Part shown: in pieces, positions 37,600 to 52,012 of the stretch
Layout: each line of letters opens with the position of its first letter
Position numbering within the stretch: the first letter of the stretch is position 1
Assembly (NCBI RefSeq): GCF_023055435.1
Contig: NW_025963780.1
Coordinates: 44,888,001 to 44,952,000, forward strand
Source: Haliotis rufescens
Lineage: Eukaryota
Direction of reading: 5' to 3'
Length of the DNA: 64,000 bases
The notes under the pieces: model-generated
Told to the model about the DNA's origin: nothing
Seen by the model: the letters and a program-made list of their open reading frames with translations, nothing else
Databases searched by the model: none
Position numbers and translations under genes: made by a program

Positions 37600-37925
37600 G
37601 GAGGTCTTGCATGGGTCGGGAGGTCTTGCATGGTGACTTGGTTGGTAGCCTGGCGTCGTACCCCAACAACGTTGGCCTTTGCTTATTATACTGATCACCG
37701 GAGTGTCTGGTCCTGACTCCATTGTTTACAGATCGCCGTATGGCAGGAATATTAATGGGTGCCGTGGAAGGAACAAACACTTATTATTGATGAAAATTGT
37801 GTGGCCTGTGCCCCCGGTAGAGCAGAACATGCCTGACCTTCTCGCGAACACCTGGTGTTATCACTGATTCATTCCATCACGTAGCTGGAATATCGCTGAG
37901 TGCCGCGTTAGACAACAAATAAACA
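37600..37925 (+). mobile_element. Old family A body and tail fragments (duplicated at +6751)
   Basis: TGACTTGGTTGG...GTCTGGTCCTGACTCCATTGTTTACAGATCGCCG and AGCTGGAATATCGCTGAGTGCCGCGTTAGACAACAAA. Confidence 0.65.
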
Positions 37926-38133
37926 ATTCAACATGACCATATAATCATATATAAGTTCATGACTATTTTTTTTATTTTACGACCATCGGTGTCAGATAAA
38001 TGAGGCTGACTATTTTTAGTGTCGTTGACGTTTTGAATTTAGGAATGGCTGCGTATTGACAAAGTACAACACTCAGTAACGATAACTCGTTAATACGGAC
38101 ATTTATACTCGCAATGGTGCCGTCCGGATTAAC

Positions 38134-38275
38134 GAATGAGTAAGTATTATTTTACGCCGCTTTTATCAATATTCCAGGAATTCACGTCGGGGGACACCAG
38201 AAATGGGCTTCACACATTGTACCCATGTGTGGAATCGAACCAGGGACTTAGCCGTGACGCTTTAACCACTAGGCT
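38134..38275 (-). mobile_element. Family C SINE (duplicate at 44885-45026)
   Basis: TTTTACGCCGC...AGAAATGGGCTTCACACATTGTACCCATG...GAATCGAACC...TTAACCACTAGGCT is the reverse complement of family C. Confidence 0.85.
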
Positions 38276-38742
38276 TCACGCATAAACTAACATGCATACA
38301 TAAAACGATTCCATGAGTAAGTACTGCACGTTTTATGACATGGTCAAAGTAGGTAGAAGGTTCCACACTGTGGAGCTGGTATCTTGATAAGTACGTCGTT
38401 AGACGGAAGGTCACGATCAATTGGTAATGGCCCATTACAGGTTTCCTGTAACGAAGTAATTAGTTTACGGGTCACCTTGATCATATAACGGGAATCAGAA
38501 CAATGATGATTAACGTTGCTAGACATTAGGGTAGGGTGATAATGACTTGGTCTTTGCAGATGCCTAACACTGTCCGGACTTGAGCGCGGACTCGGCCAGT
38601 CTATCATCTGGAACGAGATGTTGATATCTAAATATGTTATTGTCAACCTTTCTGCACAGCCAACACAATCCATCACCTTTAAGTTAATGACATCGACATC
38701 GGATGTTTGTCATGTATTTATTGATTAAAAATCAGTGATACA

Positions 38743-38938
38743 GTGAGTGAGTGAGTGAGTGAGTGAGTGAGATGGGTTAAACGCCGATATAAGCAGTAAT
38801 CCAGTTTTATCACTGTGTGTCAGCTTAATGTCGGAGGAAAGCCCGAAGTGATGCAAGTCTCACATTTTTACCACTTCGGTGAAACCCACGAGGACGGGTA
38901 TGGTGCTGACAAACCTAGAAACATAATAGGGGCGAACA
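38743..38938 (-). mobile_element. Family B SINE lacking its tRNA head, abutting the 72-bp satellite (duplicate at 45494-45689)
   Basis: (GAGT)n tail, AAACGCCG, GGTATGGTGCTGACAAACCTAGAAACATAAT. Confidence 0.88.
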
Positions 38939-38940
38939 GG

Positions 38941-40501
38941 TGAAGCTGTAGCTGTAGTTGTATAATGTATTGATATCATGTCGGTGAATATTGTAATCAT
39001 GTTCTTTGTAACAAGAGATGAAGCTGTAGCTGTATAATGTAGTGATATCATGTCGGTGAATATTGTAATCATGTTCTTTGTAACAAGAAATGAAGCTGTA
39101 GCTGTATAATGTAGTGATATCATGTCGGTGAATATTGTAATCATGTTCTTTGTAACAAGAAATGAAGCTGTAGCTGTATAATGTAGTGATATCATGTCGG
39201 TGAATATTGTAATCATGTTCTTTGTAACAAGAAATGAAGCTGTAGCTGTATAATGTAGTGATATCATGTCGGTGAATATTGTAATCATGTTCTTTGTAAC
39301 AAGAAATGAAGCTGTAGCTGTATAATGTAGTGATATCATGTTGGTAAATATTGTAATCATGTTCTTTGTAACAAGAAATGAAGCTGTAGCTGTATAATGT
39401 AGTGATATCATGTCGGTGAATATTGTAATCATGTTCTTTGTAACAAGAAATGAAGCTGTAGCTGTATAATGTAGTGATATCATGTCGGTGAATATTGTAA
39501 TCATGTTCTTTGTAACAAGAAATGAAGCTGTAGCTGTATAATGTAGTGATATCATGTTGGTAAATATTGTAATCATGTTCTTTGTAACAAGAAATGAAGC
39601 TGTAGCTGTATAATGTAGTGATATCATGTCGGTGAATATTGTAATCATGTTCTTTGTAACAAGAAATGAAGCTGTAGCTGTATAATGTAGTGATATCATG
39701 TCGGTGAATATTGTAATCATGTTCTTTGTAACAAGAAATGAAGCTGTAGCTGTATAATGTAGTGATATCATGTTGGTAAATATTGTAATCATGTTCTTTG
39801 TAACAAGAAATGAAGCTGTAGCTGTATAATGTAGTGATATCATGTCGGTGAATATTGTAATCATGTTCTTTGTAACAAGAAATGAAGCTGTAGCTGTATA
39901 ATGTAGTGATATCATGTTGGTAAATATTGTAATCATGTTCTTTGTAACAAGAAATGAAGCTGTAGCTGTATAATGTAGTGATATCATGTCGGTGAATATT
40001 GTAATCATGTTCTTTGTAACAAGAAATGAAGCTGTAGCTGTATAATGTAGTGATATCATGTCGGTGAATATTGTAATCATGTTCTTTGTAACAAGAAATG
40101 AAGCTGTAGCTGTATAATGTAGTGATATCATGTCGGTGAATATTGTAATCATGTTCTTTGTAACAAGAAATGAAGCTGTAGCTGTATAATGTAGTGATAT
40201 CATGTTGGTAAATATTGTAATCATGTTCTTTGTAACAAGAAATGAAGCTGTAGCTGTATAATGTAGTGATATCATGTCGGTGAATATTGTAATCATGTTC
40301 TTTGTAACAAGAAATGAAGCTGTAGCTGTATAATGTAGTGATATCATGTCGGTGAATATTGTAATCATGTTCTTTGTAACAAGAAATGAAGCTGTAGCTG
40401 TATAATGTAGTGATATCATGTCGGTGAATATTGTAATCATGTTCTTTGTAACAAGAGATGAAGCTGTAGCTGTATAATGTAGTGATATCATGTCGGTGAA
40501 T
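38941..40501. repeat. 72-bp satellite, ~21.5 copies
   Basis: Unit GAAGCTGTAGCTGTATAATGTAGTGATATCATGTCGGTGAATATTGTAATCATGTTCTTTGTAACAAGAAAT; variant TTGGTAAAT in some units. Confidence 0.97.
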
Positions 40502-41445
40502 AGGTTAATATTATGTTTTCACAACTGAGGAAGACTTTGAAGTCCTTTGATATTTTTATCCTATTGACTTTATGTCAGTAAATATTGTAATGCTATTTGT
40601 CATAACGGGCGAACACACTTTAGCTTATTAAGAAAAACAATTTTGGCAAATAGTGTAACATCATCTTTTACGTGGTTCCGGGCCAGGATTTTTCAGCACT
40701 TGTGACAGGATCTGGATCAACGTCCTCCCCTGGCATTTAACTTGACGAATCTATGTCCTGCCCCCTACTCAGCTCCAAGTGGCTGTCGGTTGGCGGTGTC
40801 TATCATAAACTTTAGTGGTGTTGTGCTTCAGACATTTCTGAAAGAAATATTATTTAACATCAGTACTTTTGGTTCGTCCCCATTACCCACATTTGCATCT
40901 ATCATTATTTGATTAGACTGCGTCTAATTGACTAGACGGACCATGTAATTGGGACGTGGTGAGCGCGGGCAGACTTCTGGTATAAAAAACTAACACCAAA
41001 TTAAAATAATTAAAATAAGACAGAATTACTGTCATTGAACATCTGCAAACTTGCTGACTCTGCATTGAACAACGTGAAAGATAGTTGGGTTTAGATCATG
41101 TTTTACGAATTGTTGTCGAAACGTGCTATTTGATCTGTAAGAATATTATTGGTATATTCGAGGTGTCGCTGGGTTTCCTACCAATGCCAGAGTATGCTGC
41201 TGGTTAATTATTTTCAACTGTGAACAGAATTCAGTGTCATTAAATCTCTTCGAAACGAAGTCCTTGGCATCATAAACTATCTCGAGTTCGTAACTAATGT
41301 AGTTCGTGAGAGATATAACATCATGGTACCCATCAGGGCACTGTCTTGGCTATTCAAAGAGATTCTTCTAAAACGGTATTGGAATTAACAGTTTTCGACT
41401 TAACGAGGTGTTATATACGAACCTTGAGTCGACCAGTCGCGACCA

Positions 41446-41625
41446 GTGAGTGAACATGATTTAACGCCGCTTTTAACATGATTTCATTTCTATCTCGGCG
41501 TGTCAGATTGATTTGTGAGCAAAGCGCTGAGTGTTGTAATTTGTCTCAAGAGCTTTTAAACTTTAGTGGAAGCCAAAATACGGGTGTTGTACTAACACGT
41601 TTAGGAAGATTATCAGGCGAATCGT
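41446..41625 (-). mobile_element. Old family B SINE fragment (duplicate at ~48197-48376)
   Basis: GTGAGTGA...TTTAACGCCGCTTTTAACA...GGCGTGTCAG; colinear with family B but strongly diverged. Confidence 0.6.
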
Positions 41626-42518
41626 ACCAGTGTACCGCGAGCCCAGAGTGAGCATTTTTCATCACATTAATGCACTGTGGATTAGTAGATTTGGAACTCT
41701 ATTGGTAGAATCTTTTCAACAGAGTTAATACATACGTCAGCGCCGGACAATAACCAATCTCGATTATCCTACAAAACAGATTCCATTGAGCATAAAAGGC
41801 AACACAGCGGTGAAAACTATATGAATGGATCACCGAAAATCAGTGATCTGACCAGGTGATCCCCAAAAGGGTAAACATATCCTGCCTAACGGATAATACC
41901 TGCCACGTGCACAATTTGCATAACAAAGTTAGTGTTTGGTGTGCCTGACGTCGCACGGCAGTATTTCTGCCAGGCTACGGCGGCCTGTAATGACACCAGC
42001 GGTTGAAGTGTCCCCTCTACGAATGTTAATAAATGATTCTCAGACAACGTTGTATATGTCTTTTCTCCTCTGTACATCTATCACCACTAGATGCCACTTG
42101 CTACTTTTGTGTTGAAGGCTTCAACTGAACTAATGCATGCTACTTTCAATTTATATTTGTTCAAGGCTTTATCCTGACTTCTGTTAAATATATCTTGTTA
42201 AAGGCGATTTTCGAGAGCTACAGCGGGCGTCAACCTCGTTGTTCCATACATCGTCTTAACAGCATTGCTGCCAGTGATGGATTCACAACATCGCGTGCAC
42301 GTTAAAAACATTCTTCATTGGAAAAATGGGTCGTATTAGGTTTTGTAATACAGATGTGGCGTTTTTCATTACGTTTGACTGTATGAGCATAGTGGCGACA
42401 AACAACACACCAGGCGGGTAGAATGACTCCGCACCAGGACAGTGACACCGCATTGATCAACGATTGGTGTTCCTGGTTCGGTACATTCATTCAGCGGGAG
42501 CGGGCGTCCTGAACGGGA

Positions 42519-45500
42519 AGAGGATGAGAGGGTGAAAGGATGAGTTGGATCAGAGGAAGAGTGGACCAGAGGATGAGAGGATCAGAGGATGAGGTGGATC
42601 AGAGGATGAGAGGATGGGTGGACCAGAGGATGAGTGGACCAGAGGATGAGAGTATCAGAGGTTGAGCGGACCAAGGATGAGTGGATCAGAGCATGAGAGG
42701 ATGAGTTGGATCAGAGGATGAGGTGGATCAGAGGATGAGAGGATGGGTGGATCAGAGGATAAGTGGATCAGTGGATGAGTGATCAGAGGATGAGGTTGAT
42801 CAGAGGATGAGTGAATCAGAGGATGAGAGGATCAGAGGATGAGTGGATCAGAGGAGCAGAGGATCAGAAGATGAATGGATCAGAGCATCAGAGGATGATC
42901 GGTTTAGAGGATGAGTGGATGAGAGGATGAGTGGATCAGAGAATGGGTGGATCAGAGGATAAGAGGATGGGGTGGATCAGAGGATGAGATGGATCAGAGG
43001 ATGAGTTGATGAGTGGATGAGTGATCTGAGTGGATGATCCCGTTTGTCGCCTCTTACGACAAGCATTAGTCTCTGAAGGCCAAATCCAACCGAAACTTCA
43101 CGTCACCTTATAATTAATATGAATCACATGCTAATAAATAATTAACGATATGTTGGTCTTTGATAGTTTCAGACTACATAAGGACTTTTCAGATGTCCAC
43201 CACATGATGTTTATATTGTTTCTAGTAAACACAAAACTGTTTAAAAAGAATTCGAAAATTATAATATGAATATGAATAAGGTTGAATATAAAATTCCCTT
43301 TTTACATGTTTGTTCTCAATAGACAATAAAGAAATGTTATACCCAAACATCCTTGTATCAACCAAAATACGTTCACTTTCTAATAATGTAACTGAAACGC
43401 TTTAAAGCTGCATGATTTTATTTGATTTAAACATACACTATGTTAAAGTGTTCAATGTGTTATTTATGTGTTATAAAAGATAAGTTGTAATTCAAACACT
43501 CAAAGCATTGGAAATGTACGCTATGCCTGTGGCATTCTGGGTAGTGAAACAAAAGATTGAATGTTAATATCTAACCTGTGCTAATAATCTGCACATGCGT
43601 GACCTTTCGGTCCACCCCACATCCCCTTACTGATTGCACTTTCCATATAAAAAATGACACGAAGGAGTGTTGTTATTAACTGTAAAAAACTCAGTCTGCA
43701 TTTGATGTCTTTTATGAGAACATTTTAATATGCCACCATATATTCCAGAATGTAAAGAAAGAAAGAAGTTTGGGATGGTTGTGAAACAACAACATGTTTT
43801 ATTAAAGTCCGAGTGCATGTTTCGTGATTGTTTTATTGTCAATGTGACGGCACCACACGCAACTCCAGTCTTATTTTCGGTGGGAAGGCGCATAAAAGAA
43901 AACAGTCGCAATTTATTGTACATAAAACAGTATTAAACATAACATATTTGAAATATCATTCAAGAAAGAATGGCTCCTTGAAAACAAAGCGCCTCGTGTG
44001 TGTCGTTTGATAGGCAATTTAATGTCCATGTTTACATCCATTGTAATGCATGGCATGGTTCTTCAAAGGATAGGAGAGAAACGAATATAGTTTGTGGGGG
44101 CGGAACAGGGTGTACTCAGGATTGTTATGAAAGTTTCGTTAGGGAGTCTGAAAATTATATTCGCATACAGTTAAACCTCGTAAGTTTTGACCCCGTTTAT
44201 CCGGAAACCCGCTTTCCGGACGGCAGCCGTTCAGAGGCATTTACTAACTATGACACGATGCATTTCAACATGGCGATGCTATCTCATACCGCGGCCTTCA
44301 CAGAGAGTCTTCACACCTCCCTACCCACTGGCACCTACTTGCATGGGTCGGGAGGTCTTGCATGGGTCGGGAGGTCTTGCATGGTGACTTGGTTGGTAGC
44401 CTGGCGTCGTACCCCAACAACGTTGGCCTTTGCTTATTATACTGATCACCGGAGTGTCTGGTCCTGACTCCATTGTTTACAGATCGCCGTATGGCAGGAA
44501 TATTAATGGGTGCCGTGGAAGGAACAAACACTTATTATTGATGAAAATTGTGTGGCCTGTGCCCCCGGTAGAGCAGAACATGCCTGACCTTCTCGCGAAC
44601 ACCTGGTGTTATCACTGATTCATTCCATCACGTAGCTGGAATATCGCTGAGTGCCGCGTTAGACAACAAATAAACAATTCAACATGACCATATAATCATA
44701 TATAAGTTCATGACTATTTTTTTTATTTTACGACCATCGGTGTCAGATAAATGAGGCTGACTATTTTTAGTGTCGTTGACGTTTTGAATTTAGGAATGGC
44801 TGCGTATTGACAAAGTACAACACTCAGTAACGATAACTCGTTAATACGGACATTTATACTCGCAATGGTGCCGTCCGGATTAACGAATGAGTAAGTATTA
44901 TTTTACGCCGCTTTTATCAATATTCCAGGAATTCACGTCGGGGGACACCAGAAATGGGCTTCACACATTGTACCCATGTGTGGAATCGAACCAGGGACTT
45001 AGCCGTGACGCTTTAACCACTAGGCTTCACGCATAAACTAACATGCATACATAAAACGATTCCATGAGTAAGTACTGCACGTTTTATGACATGGTCAAAG
45101 TAGGTAGAAGGTTCCACACTGTGGAGCTGGTATCTTGATAAGTACGTCGTTAGACGGAAGGTCACGATCAATTGGTAATGGCCCATTACAGGTTTCCTGT
45201 AACGAAGTAATTAGTTTACGGGTCACCTTGATCATATAACGGGAATCAGAACAATGATGATTAACGTTGCTAGACATTAGGGTAGGGTGATAATGACTTG
45301 GTCTTTGCAGATGCCTAACACTGTCCGGACTTGAGCGCGGACTCGGCCAGTCTATCATCTGGAACGAGATGTTGATATCTAAATATGTTATTGTCAACCT
45401 TTCTGCACAGCCAACACAATCCATCACCTTTAAGTTAATGACATCGACATCGGATGTTTGTCATGTATTTATTGATTAAAAATCAGTGATACAGTGAGTG

Positions 45501-48500
45501 AGTGAGTGAGTGAGTGAGTGAGATGGGTTAAACGCCGATATAAGCAGTAATCCAGTTTTATCACTGTGTGTCAGCTTAATGTCGGAGGAAAGCCCGAAGT
45601 GATGCAAGTCTCACATTTTTACCACTTCGGTGAAACCCACGAGGACGGGTATGGTGCTGACAAACCTAGAAACATAATAGGGGCGAACAGGTGAAGCTGT
45701 AGCTGTAGTTGTATAATGTATTGATATCATGTCGGTGAATATTGTAATCATGTTCTTTGTAACAAGAGATGAAGCTGTAGCTGTATAATGTAGTGATATC
45801 ATGTCGGTGAATATTGTAATCATGTTCTTTGTAACAAGAAATGAAGCTGTAGCTGTATAATGTAGTGATATCATGTCGGTGAATATTGTAATCATGTTCT
45901 TTGTAACAAGAAATGAAGCTGTAGCTGTATAATGTAGTGATATCATGTCGGTGAATATTGTAATCATGTTCTTTGTAACAAGAAATGAAGCTGTAGCTGT
46001 ATAATGTAGTGATATCATGTCGGTGAATATTGTAATCATGTTCTTTGTAACAAGAAATGAAGCTGTAGCTGTATAATGTAGTGATATCATGTTGGTAAAT
46101 ATTGTAATCATGTTCTTTGTAACAAGAAATGAAGCTGTAGCTGTATAATGTAGTGATATCATGTCGGTGAATATTGTAATCATGTTCTTTGTAACAAGAA
46201 ATGAAGCTGTAGCTGTATAATGTAGTGATATCATGTCGGTGAATATTGTAATCATGTTCTTTGTAACAAGAAATGAAGCTGTAGCTGTATAATGTAGTGA
46301 TATCATGTTGGTAAATATTGTAATCATGTTCTTTGTAACAAGAAATGAAGCTGTAGCTGTATAATGTAGTGATATCATGTCGGTGAATATTGTAATCATG
46401 TTCTTTGTAACAAGAAATGAAGCTGTAGCTGTATAATGTAGTGATATCATGTCGGTGAATATTGTAATCATGTTCTTTGTAACAAGAAATGAAGCTGTAG
46501 CTGAATAATGTAGTGATATCATGTTGGTAAATATTGTAATCATGTTCTTTGTAACAAGAAATGAAGCTGTAGCTGTATAATGTAGTGATATCATGTCGGT
46601 GAATATTGTAATCATGTTCTTTGTAACAAGAAATGAAGCTGTAGCTGTATAATGTAGTGATATCATGTTGGTAAATATTGTAATCATGTTCTTTGTAACA
46701 AGAAATGAAGCTGTAGCTGTATAATGTAGTGATATCATGTCGGTGAATATTGTAATCATGTTCTTTGTAACAAGAAATGAAGCTGTAGCTGTATAATGTA
46801 GTGATATCATGTCGGTGAATATTGTAATCATGTTCTTTGTAACAAGAAATGAAGCTGTAGCTGTATAATGTAGTGATATCATGTCGGTGAATATTGTAAT
46901 CATGTTCTTTGTAACAAGAAATGAAGCTGTAGCTGTATAATGTAGTGATATCATGTTGGTAAATATTGTAATCATGTTCTTTGTAACAAGAAATGAAGCT
47001 GTAGCTGTATAATGTAGTGATATCATGTCGGTGAATATTGTAATCATGTTCTTTGTAACAAGAAATGAAGCTGTAGCTGTATAATGTAGTGATATCATGT
47101 CGGTGAATATTGTAATCATGTTCTTTGTAACAAGAAATGAAGCTGTAGCTGTATAATGTAGTGATATCATGTCGGTGAATATTGTAATCATGTTCTTTGT
47201 AACAAGAGATGAAGCTGTAGCTGTATAATGTAGTGATATCATGTCGGTGAATAGGTTAATATTATGTTTTCACAACTGAGGAAGACTTTGAAGTCCTTTG
47301 ATATTTTTATCCTATTGACTTTATGTCAGTAAATATTGTAATGCTATTTGTCATAACGGGCGAACACACTTTAGCTTATTAAGAAAAACAATTTTGGCAA
47401 ATAGTGTAACATCATCTTTTACGTGGTTCCGGGCCAGGATTTTTCAGCACTTGTGACAGGATCTGGATCAACGTCCTCCCCTGGCATTTAACTTGACGAA
47501 TCTATGTCCTGCCCCCTACTCAGCTCCAAGTGGCTGTCGGTTGGCGGTGTCTATCATAAACTTTAGTGGTGTTGTGCTTCAGACATTTCTGAAAGAAATA
47601 TTATTTAACATCAGTACTTTTGGTTCGTCCCCATTACCCACATTTGCATCTATCATTATTTGATTAGACTGCGTCTAATTGACTAGACGGACCATGTAAT
47701 TGGGACGTGGTGAGCGCGGGCAGACTGCTGGTATAAAAAACTAACACCAAATTAAAATAATTAAAATAAGACAGAATTACTGTCATTGAACATCTGCAAA
47801 CTTGCTGACTCTGCATTGAGCAACGTGAAAGATAGTTGGGTTTAGATCATGTTTTACGAATTGTTGTCGAAACGTGCTATTTGATCTGTAAGAATATTAT
47901 TGGTATATTCGAGGTGTCGCTGGGTTTCCTACCAATGCCAGAGTATGCTGCTGGTTAATTATTTTCAACTGTGAACAGAATTCAGTGTCATTAAATCTCT
48001 TCGAAACGAAGTCCTTGGCATCATAAACTATCTCGAGTTCGTAACTAATGTAGTTCGTGAGAGATATAACATCATGGTACCCATCAGGGCACTGTCTTGG
48101 CTATTCAAAGAGATTCTTCTAAAACGGTATTGGAATTAACAGTTTTCGACTTAACGAGGTGTTATATACGAACCTTGAGTCGACCAGTCGCGACCAGTGA
48201 GTGAACATGATTTAACGCCGCTTTTAACATGATTTCATTTCTATCTCGGCGTGTCAGATTGATTTGTGAGCAAAGCGCTGAGTGTTGTAATTTGTCTCAA
48301 GAGCTTTTAAACTTTAGTGGAAGCCAAAATACGGGTGTTGTACTAACACGTTTAGGAAGATTATCAGGCGAATCGTACCAGTGTACCGCGAGCCCAGAGT
48401 GAGCATTTTTCATCACATTAATGCACTGTGGATTAGTAGATTTGGAACTCTATTGGTAGAATCTTTTCAACAGAGTTAATACATACGTCAGCGCCGGACA

Positions 48501-49272
48501 ATAACCAATCTCGATTATCCTACAAAACAGATTCCATTGAGCATAAAAGGCAACACAGCGGTGAAAACTATATGAATGGATCACCGAAAATCAGTGATCT
48601 GACCAGGTGATCCCCAAAAGGGTAAACATATCCTGCCTAACGGATAATACCTGCCACGTGCACAATTTGCATAACAAAGTTAGTGTTTGGTGTGCCTGAC
48701 GTCGCACGGCAGTATTTCTGCCAGGCTACGGCGGCCTGTAATGACACCAGCGGTTGAAGTGTCCCCTCTACGAATGTTAATAAATGATTCTCAGACAACG
48801 TTGTATATGTCTTTTCTCCTCTGTACATCTATCACCACTAGATGCCACTTGCTACTTTTGTGTTGAAGGCTTCAACTGAACTAATGCATGCTACTTTCAA
48901 TTTATATTTGTTCAAGGCTTTATCCTGACTTCTGTTAAATATATCTTGTTAAAGGCGATTTTCGAGAGCTACAGCGGGCGTCAACCTCGTTGTTCCATAC
49001 ATCGTCTTAACAGCATTGCTGCCAGTGATGGATTCACAACATCGCGTGCACGTTAAAAACATTCTTCATTGGAAAAATGGGTCGTATTAGGTTTTGTAAT
49101 ACAGATGTGGCGTTTTTCATTACGTTTGACTGTATGAGCATAGTGGCGACAAACAACACACCAGGCGGGTAGAATGACTCCGCACCAGGACAGTGACACC
49201 GCATTGATCAACGATTGGTGTTCCTGGTTCGGTACATTCATTCAGCGGGAGCGGGCGTCCTGAACGGGAAGA
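42519..49272. repeat. Copy 2 of the 6751-bp tandem duplication
   Basis: Near-identical to 35768-42521; three substitutions spotted (46504, 47727, 47820). Confidence 0.97.
45692..47252. repeat. 72-bp satellite, second copy of the array
   Basis: Same unit, length and variant order as 38941-40501. Confidence 0.97.
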
Positions 49273-49860
49273 CCTATTAACCTGCTGATCGCGGGCTGAA
49301 CGTTATCACATAAAGCAGGCCTCGTGTCTCGTTAACTATTGTGCTATTTTCGGTAGCAGGCTATTCGACTCACGGAGTCAAGATGTCGCATCCTGGCCTT
49401 ATGTTATTAACCAGCCATGTCCTGTCTGATTCGACTGCTGAGCATCTCATACATTCTGTGTGGAATATGTCAAGGCCAAAGTCGTCTATGGCGCACGGAG
49501 CACGCCAAAGGGCCGTTCAAGATGAATAAATGTACGTTAACTCATTATATAATCAAGTTTTGTTTGTCCCGGACAGACTGACGAAGGAATCGACAAATTA
49601 CATTATTTTGATCTTCTGGAGACGCTAGCTCCCAAAGTACGGTCTCATTATGTGGCTTAAGCTATTGGCGTGAAATGAGTGTATAGTTTTAAAAGGGTAA
49701 TTACAGTACAAATTGAAAGAACGTGGTGAGTTGGCCTCGTTACAACGCTTTCCTTTGGTACAGTACTGGCACTAGTTGTGACCACACATATCTGCCAAGG
49801 TTTGCGTTACAAACCCCTGTGGTCAAGCGTGCCGTTTTACAAATAATAGCGCAAATACTT

Positions 49861-52012
49861 GAAACACTTGCTTGATAACGGTGTTGGAACCTACACGGAA
49901 ACACTTGCTTGATAACGGTGTTAGAATCTACACCGAAACACTTGCTTGATAACGGTGTTGGAATCTACACGGAAACACTTGCTTGATAACGATGTTAGAA
50001 TCTACACGGAAACACTTGCTTGATAACGGTGTCGGAACCTACACGGAAACACTTGCTTGATAACGGTGTTAGAACCTACACGGAAACACTTGCTTGATAA
50101 CGGTGTTAGAATCTACACCGAAACACTTGCTTGATAACGGTGTCGGAACCTACACGGAAACACTTGCTTGATAACGGTGTGAGAATCTACACGGAAACAC
50201 TTGCTTGATAACGGTGTCGGAACCTACACGTAAACACTTGCTTGATAACGGTGTTGGAACCTACACCGAAACACTTGCTTGATAACGGTGTTGGAACCTA
50301 CACGGAAACACTTGCTTGATAACGGTGTTAGAATCTACACGGAAACACTTGCTTGATAACGGTGTTAGAACCTACACCGAAACACTTGCTTGATAACGGT
50401 GTTAGAATTTACACCGAAACACTTGCTTGATAACGGTGTAAGAATCTACACCGAAACACTTGCTTGATAACGGTGTTAGAATTTACACCGAAACACTTGC
50501 TTGATAACGGTGTTAGAATCTACACCGAAACACTTGCTTGATAACGGTGTCGGAACCTACACGGAAACACTTGCTTGATAACGGTGTTGGAACCTACACG
50601 GAAACACTTGCTTGATAACAGTTTTAGAATCTACACGGAAACACTTGCTTGATAACGGTGTTAGAATCTACACCGAAACACTTGCTTGATAACGGTGTCG
50701 GAACCTACACGGAAACACTTGCTTGATAACGGTGTTAGAATCTACACCGAAACACTTGCTTGATAACGGTGTTGGAACCTACACGGAAACACTTGCTTGA
50801 TAACGGTGTTAGAATCTACACGGAAACACTTGCTTGATAACGGTGTTAGAATCTACACGGAAACACTTGCTTGATAACGATGTTAGAATCTACACGGAAA
50901 CACTTGCTTGATAACGGTGTCGGAACCTACACGGAAACACTTGCTTGATAACGGTGTTAGAACCTACACCGAAACACTTGCTTGATAACGGTGTTAGAAC
51001 CTACACGGAAACACTTGCTTGATAACGGTGTTAGAATCTACACCGAAACACTTGCTTGATAACGGTGTCGGAACCTACACGGAAACACTTGCTTGATAAC
51101 GGTGTGAGAATCTACACGGAAACACTTGCTTGATAACGGTGTCGGAACCTACACGTAAACACTTGCTTGATAACGGTGTTGGAACCTACACCGAAACACT
51201 TGCTTGATAACGGTGTTGGAACCTACACCGAAACACTTGCTTGATAACGGTGTTAGAATCTACACGGAAACACTTGCTTGATAACGGTGTCGGAACCTAC
51301 ACGGAAACACTTGCTTGATAACGGTGTTAGAACCTACACCGAAACACTTGCTTGATAACGGTGTTAGAATTTACACCGAAACACTTGCTTGATAACGGTG
51401 TCGGAACCTACACGTAAACACTTGCTTGATAACGGTGTTAGAATCTACACCGAAACACTTGCTTGATAACGGTGTCGGAACCTACACGGAAACACTTGCT
51501 TGATAACGGTGTTGGAACCTACACGGAAACACTTGCTTGATAACAGTTTTAGAATCTACACGGAAACACTTGCTTGATAACGGTGTTAGAATCTACACCG
51601 AAACACTTGCTTGATAACGGTGTCGGAACCTACACGGAAACACTTGCTTGATAACGGTGTTAGAATCTACACCGAAACACTTGCTTGATAACGGTGTCGG
51701 AACCTACACGGAAACACTTGCTTGATAACGGTGTTGGAACCTACACGGAAACACTTGCTTGATAACAGTTTTAGAATCTACACCGAAACACTTGCTTGAT
51801 AACGGTGTTAGAATCTACACCGAAACACTTGCTTGATAACGGTGTTAGAACCTACACGGAAACACTTGCTTGATAACGGTGTTAGAATCTACACCGAAAC
51901 ACTTGCTTGATAACGGTGTTAGAATCTACACGGAAACACTTGCTTGATAACGGTGTTAGAATCTACACGGAAACACTTGCTTGATAACGGTGTTAGAATC
52001 TACACCGAAACA
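49861..52012. repeat. 37-bp satellite, ~58 copies, with 925-bp higher-order periodicity
   Basis: Unit GAAACACTTGCTTGATAACGGTGT(T/C)(A/G)GAA(T/C)CTACAC(C/G); no spacers. Confidence 0.97.

Larger units (their letters stand above)
35768..42521. repeat. Copy 1 of a 6751-bp direct tandem duplication
   Basis: All ORFs recur at +6751 (e.g. 36876/43627, 38860/45611); AGA microhomology at the junction 42519-42521. Confidence 0.97.

Noticed and set aside
37249-37716. 155-aa ORF (duplicated at 44000)
   Set aside because: Non-ATG start, no recognisable domain, and its end runs through a decayed family A element.
38860-40491. 543-aa repeat protein ORF (and its copy at 45611-47242)
   Set aside because: The 72-bp unit is a multiple of three and stop-free in one frame; units are nearly identical at the DNA level, and the ORF ends inside a SINE.
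49861-52012. CRISPR-like 37-bp repeats containing GAAAC
   Set aside because: No unique spacers, no cas genes, and a eukaryotic context.
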